This document shows, piece after piece, positions 7,585-13,915 of a DNA stretch of 24,109 nt. The stretch comes from a virus (Duplodnaviria > Caudoviricetes): positions 1 through 24,109 of the IMG/VR virus record IMGVR_UViG_3300047545_000594. The stretch is one strand, 5' to 3'. The notes below the pieces were generated by a model. The model made no database searches, was not told where the DNA came from, and saw only the letters and a list, made by a program, of their open reading frames with translations. Every line of letters begins with the position of its first letter. Positions within the stretch are counted from its first letter, which is position 1. A program made the position numbers and the translations under genes.

Positions 7585-9807
7585 ATGTTAGACAATTTTT
7601 GTAAACAGGTCATAGATAATGGAGGGTTTATTAAACCTCTAATTCTTCCAAGTTCTCAAACCCAAGGACTACCTCAAATTAATCCATCTATTCTAGTAGA
7701 GGGAGACGACATCTACCTAAACTTGAGACACATAAACTACATGCTGTATCATAGTGAAGGTGAGCAGAAATTCCAAAGTAAATGGGGACCATTAGCGTAC
7801 CTAAACCCTGAGGATGATATTACCCTTACAACCACCAACTACCTATGTAAACTAGATCCAAATACACTAGAAATAGTGTCATCTGCAAAAGTAGATACAA
7901 CTAAGTTGGATGTAAAACCACTTTGGGAGTTTGTAGGACTAGAGGATGTTAGAATAACTAAATGGGATAACAAGCTACTATACTCAGGAGTAAGGAGAGA
8001 CACTACAACAAATGGGGTAGGTAGAATGGAACTATCACAAATAGTGAACAATGCAGAGGTAACTAGAAATAGAATTGAACCACCTGCAGATACGTATTGT
8101 GAGAAAAACTGGATGCCTATTGTGGATATGCCGTACCACTACGTTAAGTGGACTTTCCCTTTAGAGATCGTTAAAGTAGATCCAGTTACTAACACATCAG
8201 AGACAGTAATCCTTAAAGAAAATACTAAGGAGTTCGCTAGGGATGTAAGAGGAGGATCACAAGTAATTCCTTTTGGAGATTATAGGATAGCACTTACACA
8301 TGAGGTTGATCTTTGGAACAACGAGAATGGACGTAAGGATGGACAATACTACCATAGGTTCATAGTTTGGGATAAGGACTGGAATGTCGTAACCGTTACT
8401 GAGGACTTTAAGTTCATGACTGCAAGAATTGAGTTTGCTTGTGGAATAGCACTACATAGGGGTAAAATGCTAGTTACATTCGCATTCCAGGATACAACTT
8501 CATTTCTACTAGAGATACCAGTAGATTACCTTAATACCTTTTTAGGATTAGAGCACAATGAGTATACAGGTAAAACTAGACAAGAGGGGTTGATTGCAGA
8601 CTACCTTAACAATCCATTCGATCCAACACTTAACTTTCAAGTAGGGAGATACTACGAACACACACAAGACTACTCATCAGCATTATCGTTCTACCTAAGA
8701 AGTGCAGAATATAGTGATGAACCCTACACAGCATTAATTAGGGTAGCAAAGTGTATCGATAAACAGGGAAGAAGACCCTATAGTGCAAAACATGCTTACC
8801 AAAATGCATTAGCAAACGATCCTACAAGACCTGAGGCCTACCTATACTTAAGTATGTGGTATGAATCAAAACAAGAGTGGCAAGATGCATATGTAATGGC
8901 AAGTATGGGATTGACACATGGGCACTCACAACCAAGCATACTAGATGCGGACTACTTGGGAAGCTATATGTTAACCTTCCAAAAAGCAGTAGCTGCTTGG
9001 TGGATTGGTAGAACAATGGAGGCAAGGGAGTTATTGCAGGAGCTAGTTCTACAGAGAGATACCATGACTCCAAGGTATGTTGAGTTAGTACAAAACAATA
9101 TCACATCACTAGGATCAGGACCAGATCCGTTCCTAAGATATACATCATCGATGCACTCATCTTTACGATTCAAATTCAAAGACTCAGATAAGATTGTAAG
9201 CAACTACTCTCAGACATACCAAGATATGTTTATTCTTTCAATGTTGGATGGTAAGAAAAAAGGTACGTACTTAGAGATAGGAGCAGCAGATCCTTTTCAT
9301 GGAAACAATACAGCATTGCTTGAAAAGAACTATGGTTGGACAGGAGTATCGTTAGAGATTCTACCACATGAGGTAGAGAAGTTTAAAGCACAGAGAGCAA
9401 ACAAAATAGTACTAACAGATGCTACAAAAGTAGACTATGACGTATTTATTGAAGAGAACTTCGAAACAACAGATATCGATTACCTACAAGTAGATTGTGA
9501 ACCACCATCAGTTACGTTGGATATTCTAAAGATGATACCACTAGACAAGTACAGGTTTGCAGTGATTACTTTCGAACACGACTACTATGCAGATGTAACT
9601 AGATCATATAGAGAAAAGTCAAGAGAGTATTTACAATCAAAAGGATACAAATTAGTAGTATCGGATATAGCACCAAATAACATCTCAAATTATGAGGATT
9701 GGTGGGTACATCCAGACTTAGTTGATCCAGTCATATTAACTGGTATGGAGGATACGAGTGATAGAATTAAGAACGCAGAAAAATACATGTTAAATAAATT
9801 AAATTAA
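7585..9807 (+). CDS. Three-domain protein: GH130/GT91-like five-bladed beta-propeller + TPR + FkbM-family SAM methyltransferase
   Basis: N-terminal NPSI, GLEDVRI, CEKNWMP, RGGSQ and IEFACG motifs. Central TPR-like helices (YSSALSFYLRSAE; DPTRPEAYLYLS). C-terminal YSQTYQD, GTYLEIGAADP..NNT..LE..GWTG..LE, IDYLQVDCE, VITFEHD, EDWWV. Confidence 0.75.
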   Translation: MLDNFCKQVIDNGGFIKPLILPSSQTQGLPQINPSILVEGDDIYLNLRHINYMLYHSEGEQKFQSKWGPLAYLNPEDDITLTTTNYLCKLDPNTLEIVSSAKVDTTKLDVKPLWEFVGLEDVRITKWDNKLLYSGVRRDTTTNGVGRMELSQIVNNAEVTRNRIEPPADTYCEKNWMPIVDMPYHYVKWTFPLEIVKVDPVTNTSETVILKENTKEFARDVRGGSQVIPFGDYRIALTHEVDLWNNENGRKDGQYYHRFIVWDKDWNVVTVTEDFKFMTARIEFACGIALHRGKMLVTFAFQDTTSFLLEIPVDYLNTFLGLEHNEYTGKTRQEGLIADYLNNPFDPTLNFQVGRYYEHTQDYSSALSFYLRSAEYSDEPYTALIRVAKCIDKQGRRPYSAKHAYQNALANDPTRPEAYLYLSMWYESKQEWQDAYVMASMGLTHGHSQPSILDADYLGSYMLTFQKAVAAWWIGRTMEARELLQELVLQRDTMTPRYVELVQNNITSLGSGPDPFLRYTSSMHSSLRFKFKDSDKIVSNYSQTYQDMFILSMLDGKKKGTYLEIGAADPFHGNNTALLEKNYGWTGVSLEILPHEVEKFKAQRANKIVLTDATKVDYDVFIEENFETTDIDYLQVDCEPPSVTLDILKMIPLDKYRFAVITFEHDYYADVTRSYREKSREYLQSKGYKLVVSDIAPNNISNYEDWWVHPDLVDPVILTGMEDTSDRIKNAEKYMLNKLN

Positions 9808-9811
9808 AACA

Positions 9812-10087
9812 ATGGAGATAGTAAAAAAACTAACAGAAAAAGAGTTAAAAGAAGTAAGAGAAGTTCAAGACAAAACTCATTCGGCAGTAATTGAATTAGG
9901 TCAAATCGAATTGGCTAAATTACAATTAAAATCAAGAAGAGAGTCAGTAGAGGCATTCTTGTTAGAAGTTGTAGCTGAAGAAAAAGAGATTGCAAAACAC
10001 TTGGAAGAGGCCTACGGAAAAGGATCAATCAACCTACAAACAGGTGAGATTACTTTAGTACCAGCAGAGGAAGTACCTGCAGTATAA
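9812..10087 (+). CDS. Small coiled-coil hypothetical protein
   Basis: 91 aa Glu/Lys-rich helix ending YGKGSINLQTGEI, immediately upstream of the sheath gene. Confidence 0.75.
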   Translation: MEIVKKLTEKELKEVREVQDKTHSAVIELGQIELAKLQLKSRRESVEAFLLEVVAEEKEIAKHLEEAYGKGSINLQTGEITLVPAEEVPAV

Positions 10088-10110
10088 ATCTAAACGTACA
10101 TATAGGATAA

Positions 10111-10134
10111 AAAGGAGGGTTTCGACTCTCCTTT
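10111..10134 (+). terminator. Stem-loop with UUCG loop, probable intrinsic terminator
   Basis: aaaggagggt-ttcg-actctccttt, a 10-bp stem with one G-U pair, downstream of 9812..10087; the U tail is short. Confidence 0.6.
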
Positions 10135-10195
10135 CCTATTTATTGTAGAGAACAAGCCCTGTAACTAGTGTGAAGGGTTTCCCAAAATCCCAAGA

Positions 10196-10203
10196 TATTT
10201 ATA
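10196..10203 (+). promoter_or_regulatory. Putative phage late promoter TATTTATA (a variant TATTTATT lies at 10137)
   Basis: 34 nt upstream of the sheath ATG; the motif recurs before the tube, chaperone, tape measure and 16189 genes. Confidence 0.6.
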
Positions 10204-10229
10204 TTAAATTAAACACAAATTAGAAAAAC

Positions 10230-11981
10230 ATGGCAGAATCAATTATCTCTCCAGGAGTATTTTCAAGAGAAAATGACATCTCGTTTATACAACCACAGCC
10301 AATTGCGGCAGGAGCAGCGTTTTTAGGACCTACTGTAAAAGGACCTTATGATCAGCCTACTGTTGTTACATCTTATAATGAGTATGTAAGAAAGTTCGGC
10401 GATACATTCCTTTCAGCTTCTAAAAGCTATGAGTTCTTGACTTCTATTGCAGTTAAGAATTACTTCTCAAATGGAGGACAAACAGCATTAGTAACAAGAG
10501 TGGTTTCTGGATCATACACAGCAGCAGCAAATACATTCTTATCAGCATCATCTACTCACATAGATCAACCTTTCACTTTCGAAACTATAGGAAAAGGCGC
10601 TCTTTATAACAATGCATTAGCACAGACTTCAGCAGTAGTTGGAGCTTCTACTTACATCAATTCAGATGGATCATTGGTATCTGGATCAAAAGAGAACGTA
10701 AGATGGGAAATCGCTAATGTAAATGCAGACAAAGGTACTTTCTCTTTACTTGTTAGACAGGGAGACGATAGTGCTAATAATAAGACTATCTTAGAGACAT
10801 TTAACGTAGACTTAGATCCAAACTCTCCAAACTATGTAGAAAGAGTAATTGGTAACCAAACAGTTACCTATGATGGAGTATCATCTAACAGAGTAGTTGG
10901 AGAATATCCAAATAGATCAAACTATATTAGAATAACTGCAGTTAATCATCCAACACCTGACTACATTAAAACAGATGGAGTAAGTGTAGGAGTGGATGCG
11001 AACAACGTTTCTTACGCAGCATCTTTACCAAAAGCAACATCAGGTTCATTCTACAATGCATCTGGAGCTATAGCAGGTGGAGCCAACTTGTTTAGTTCAA
11101 TCGGAACATCAGGCAACATTCAAGGATTAGTAGCAGCTAACTATACAAATGCAGTTAACTTGTTATCAAACAAAGACGACTTCCAATTCAACGTTATTGC
11201 AGCACCAGGTCTTATCAACGATAATCCAAACGGAGCTACAGTATTGGCTAATGTAGTAGCTTTAGCAGAGGATAGAGGAGACTGTATCGCAGTAGTGGAT
11301 TTAGTTGCAACAGGTTCAACAGCAGCACTAGCAGTAGCAGAAGCAGCAGGAATCAATAGTTCATATGCAGCAAGTTACTGGCCATGGGTACAAGTTCAAT
11401 CAGCTACAGGTAAAAACGAATACGTTCCAGCAGGAACAATGATTCCAGGAGTATACGCTTTCACAGATGCATCTTCAGCACCATGGTTTGCACCAGCAGG
11501 TCTAGTAAGAGGAGGAATCGGAGGAGTAATCCAAGCAGAGAAGAGATTAACTAAAGCAGAAAGAGATACTCTTTACGCAGGAAAAGTTAACCCAATCGCT
11601 TCATTCCCAGGAACAGGTATTTCAGTATTCGGACAAAAAACATTGCAAACTAAAGCATCAGCATTAGATAGAGTAAATGTAAGAAGATTGTTAATCGAAC
11701 TTAAGAAATTCATTGGTGATCAAGCTCGTAACTTAGTATTCGAACAAAATACTATCGCTACAAGAAACAAATTCTTAGCTACAGTAAATCCTTACTTAGA
11801 ATCAGTAGTACAAAGACAAGGTCTTTATGCATACAGAGTTGTAATGGATGATTCAAACAACACAGCAGATGTTGTAGACAGAAACCAATTAGTAGGTCAG
11901 ATCTTTATCCAACCAGCTAAAACAATTGAATATGTAGTATTAGATTTCGTAATCGAACCAACAGGAGCTACTTTCGGATAA
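10230..11981 (+). CDS. Contractile tail sheath protein (T4 gp18-like)
   Basis: N-terminal SPGVFSREND...AAFLGPTVKGP; C-terminal YWPWV, PWFAPAG..RG, VNPI, GQKTLQ, LDRVNVRRL, VFEQN, IFIQPAKTIEYV. Confidence 0.95.
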   Translation: MAESIISPGVFSRENDISFIQPQPIAAGAAFLGPTVKGPYDQPTVVTSYNEYVRKFGDTFLSASKSYEFLTSIAVKNYFSNGGQTALVTRVVSGSYTAAANTFLSASSTHIDQPFTFETIGKGALYNNALAQTSAVVGASTYINSDGSLVSGSKENVRWEIANVNADKGTFSLLVRQGDDSANNKTILETFNVDLDPNSPNYVERVIGNQTVTYDGVSSNRVVGEYPNRSNYIRITAVNHPTPDYIKTDGVSVGVDANNVSYAASLPKATSGSFYNASGAIAGGANLFSSIGTSGNIQGLVAANYTNAVNLLSNKDDFQFNVIAAPGLINDNPNGATVLANVVALAEDRGDCIAVVDLVATGSTAALAVAEAAGINSSYAASYWPWVQVQSATGKNEYVPAGTMIPGVYAFTDASSAPWFAPAGLVRGGIGGVIQAEKRLTKAERDTLYAGKVNPIASFPGTGISVFGQKTLQTKASALDRVNVRRLLIELKKFIGDQARNLVFEQNTIATRNKFLATVNPYLESVVQRQGLYAYRVVMDDSNNTADVVDRNQLVGQIFIQPAKTIEYVVLDFVIEPTGATFG

Positions 11982-11998
11982 GATTTGATAAACATAGA

Positions 11999-12006
11999 TA
12001 TTTATA
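11999..12006 (+). promoter_or_regulatory. Putative late promoter TATTTATA
   Basis: 29 nt upstream of the tube ATG. Confidence 0.6.
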
Positions 12007-12027
12007 ATTAAATAAGTAAAAAATAAA

Positions 12028-12516
12028 ATGGCAGTATTAGATCCAAACGAAATAATGTTCAGAGCCTTCGAACCAATGGTTCAGCACAGGTTCGTAATGT
12101 ATATAGATAATATCCCAGCTTTTATGGTTAAAAACGTAAAAGCACCAAACTTCACAGATTCAGAGATCAAACTTGATCACATTAACTCTTACAGAAAAAT
12201 AAGAGGAAAAAGAAACTGGGAGAACATGGATATGACTCTTTACTCACCAATCACACCTTCAGGGGCTCAAGCAGTAATGGAATGGGCTCGTCTAGGATAT
12301 GAATCAGTAACTGGTAGAGCTGGTTATTCTGATTTCTACAAAAAAGACTTAACACTTAACATCTTAGGTCCTGTAGGAGATATCGTAGGAGAATGGATCA
12401 TTAAAGGAGCTTTCTTAACAAAAGGTGACTTTGGACAGTTCGACTGGACTTCTACTGACGGAATTGTAGAGATAGGAATTACAGTAGCAATGGATTACTG
12501 TGTATTGAACTACTAA
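12028..12516 (+). CDS. Tail tube protein (T4 gp19-like)
   Basis: Follows the sheath; FEP...RF...W..MDMTLY...VMEW...YKKDLTL..LGPVG..VGEW.IKGAF...DY pattern. Confidence 0.9.
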   Translation: MAVLDPNEIMFRAFEPMVQHRFVMYIDNIPAFMVKNVKAPNFTDSEIKLDHINSYRKIRGKRNWENMDMTLYSPITPSGAQAVMEWARLGYESVTGRAGYSDFYKKDLTLNILGPVGDIVGEWIIKGAFLTKGDFGQFDWTSTDGIVEIGITVAMDYCVLNY

Positions 12517-12537
12517 TACATTACCAAATACAAAAAC

Positions 12538-12567
12538 AAGAGCCTGGCATTAGTCAGGCTTTTTTTT
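12538..12567 (+). terminator. Rho-independent terminator
   Basis: agcctggc-atta-gtcaggct stem followed by a T8 run, just after the tube stop. Confidence 0.85.
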
Positions 12568-12576
12568 ATAAAAAAG

Positions 12577-12605
12577 TTGGTATAAAGAAAAATAGTTTGT
12601 ATATT
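12577..12605 (+). promoter_or_regulatory. Host-RNAP-type promoter TTG-N20-TATATT
   Basis: TTG 12577-12579 and TATATT 12600-12605, upstream of ATG 12633. Confidence 0.55.
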
Positions 12606-12632
12606 TAGGTATTAATATTAAATAAATATAAT

Positions 12633-12848
12633 ATGTGGATTGCTATTTTTGTTTTTTGTATATGTAACTGCATATCATCTGCAGGGTACTTAAGGTTTTT
12701 CAAAATAGATACCAACACACGTTACGTAGTACTTACAGGAGCTACTACCATACTGACACTAATTCTTCCAGCAATGTTCCCACAATATGCTGTATGCATC
12801 CTATTCTTCTTTTTAGTGTACAACATTATAGGTTACGCAATTTGCTAG
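12633..12848 (+). CDS. Small hydrophobic (2-3 TM) membrane protein, moron-like insertion
   Basis: 71 aa, mostly hydrophobic, with its own promoter-like element; it sits between the tube terminator and the chaperone gene. Confidence 0.5.
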   Translation: MWIAIFVFCICNCISSAGYLRFFKIDTNTRYVVLTGATTILTLILPAMFPQYAVCILFFFLVYNIIGYAIC

Positions 12849-12881
12849 TTGCTATTTAATTTTTTTTTTCATATATTTATA
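12849..12881 (+). promoter_or_regulatory. Overlapping TTG-N20-TATATT and TATTTATA promoter motifs
   Basis: TTG 12849-12851, TATATT 12872-12877 and TATTTATA 12874-12881; ATG at 12900. Confidence 0.55.
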
Positions 12882-12899
12882 TATAAACAAATAAGATCT

Positions 12900-13646
12900 A
12901 TGGAACAAAAATTTAAACTACCAACTGAAATGGTAGAGTTACCTTCTAAAGGATTACTATACCCAAAAGAATCCCCACTATCCTCAGGAGTTATTGAGAT
13001 GAAGTATATGACTGCAAAAGAGGAGGATATTTTATCAAATCAAAACTACATAAAACAAGGAATAGTTATAGACAAGCTTCTACAATCTCTAATCGTAACC
13101 CCTATAGATTACAGTCAGTTGCTAACAGGAGATAAGAATGCGATAATGATAGCTGCAAGGATACTATCTTACGGTAAAGATTATGAGTTACAGTATAATG
13201 GATCTAATGTAACAGTTGACCTATCTCTAATAAAAAGTAAGGAGTTGGATGAAACGTTATATACAAAAGGTAGAAATGAGTTTACATTTACTCTGCCTAC
13301 TACACAAAATGTCGTTACTTTCAAGATACTGACTCATGCAGATGAGAAGGCTATAGAGCAGGAAATAAAAGGTCTTCAAAAAATTAATAAAGACAATATA
13401 GCTGAAGTAACAACAAGACTAAAGAGAATCATAACATCAGTAAATGGATCATCAGAAACGAAGGATGTTAGAGCGTTTGTAGATACGGCATTGTTGGCTA
13501 GAGATGCACGAGCCTTAAGAGAGGAGTACACCAAAGTCAACCCAGATATTGATTTAAAGTTTACCTACACAAACCTAGACGGCGAAGAGGAGGACGCTGA
13601 CTTGCCTATAGGTATTACCTTTTTTTGGCCAGACGCCACAAGATAG
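12900..13646 (+). CDS. Tail/baseplate hub assembly chaperone (T4 gp26-like), short 'G' form
   Basis: The start is ATG 12900 (MEQKFKLPTEMVELPSKG..Y...MKYMTAKEEDIL...GDKNAIMIAARI..YG), not TTG 12849. It lies between the tube and tape measure genes and ends ...ITFFWPDATR. Confidence 0.8.
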   Translation: MEQKFKLPTEMVELPSKGLLYPKESPLSSGVIEMKYMTAKEEDILSNQNYIKQGIVIDKLLQSLIVTPIDYSQLLTGDKNAIMIAARILSYGKDYELQYNGSNVTVDLSLIKSKELDETLYTKGRNEFTFTLPTTQNVVTFKILTHADEKAIEQEIKGLQKINKDNIAEVTTRLKRIITSVNGSSETKDVRAFVDTALLARDARALREEYTKVNPDIDLKFTYTNLDGEEEDADLPIGITFFWPDATR

Positions 13647-13875
13647 GTTATTACTATTTAAGGAAATACATGAGATATGTTTTTGGGGACAAGGAGGATA
13701 TTCCTGGGAAACAGTATATAGTATGCCAATTTGGCTAAGAAAGTTCACTTTCAATATACTCAAAGACCACTATACACCAAAAGAAACATCTCCGGTACCT
13801 ACAAAGATTCCCGACCAAGTAATAAAAGTACCAGACTACGTAATGAACCAAGTATCTAGAACCTCTACAAAGTAG
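13612..13875 (+). CDS. Start-less +1-frame ORF (gp51-like 'T' extension), probably expressed by ribosomal frameshifting as a fusion of about 324 aa with 12900..
   Basis: The +1 frame opens after TAG 13609 and reads ...FFGQTPQDRLLLFKEIHEICFWGQGGYSWETVYSMPIWLRKFTFNILKDHY...STK*. It has no ATG/GTG/TTG before 13723. The Y.W..V..MP.W.R motif resembles gp51/GT-type chaperone extensions. Confidence 0.7.
   Translation, partial: VLPFFGQTPQDRLLLFKEIHEICFWGQGGYSWETVYSMPIWLRKFTFNILKDHYTPKETSPVPTKIPDQVIKVPDYVMNQVSRTSTK
13617..13628 (+). other. Putative slippery site ACC-TTT-TTT-TGG (T7 run 13620-13626)
   Basis: It is the only homopolymer in the 35-nt overlap (13612-13646) between the two frames; it reads FFW in frame 0 and FFG in frame +1. 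Confidence 0.65.
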
Positions 13876-13882
13876 AGGTTCT
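13858..13882 (+). terminator. Perfect 11-bp hairpin spanning the stop of the frameshift ORF (terminator or processing signal)
   Basis: agaacctctac-aaa-gtagaggttct, followed by tactattt. Confidence 0.5.
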
Positions 13883-13885
13883 TAC

Positions 13886-13893
13886 TATTTATA
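13886..13893 (+). promoter_or_regulatory. Putative late promoter TATTTATA
   Basis: 30 nt upstream of the tape measure ATG. Confidence 0.55.
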
Positions 13894-13915
13894 GGTATAG
13901 AAACTACCAAAAGCT

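Noticed and set aside
12849-12899. N-terminal extension MLFNFFFHIFIYKQIRS of the chaperone
   Set aside because: It overlaps promoter motifs and a T10 run; ATG 12900 gives the family-like N-terminus.
13723-13875. Independent 50-aa gene starting at ATG 13723
   Set aside because: It would cut the conserved-looking segment (IHEI..G.GGY.W..VY.MP.W.R) in half; frameshift fusion explains the region better, though this start is not formally excluded.
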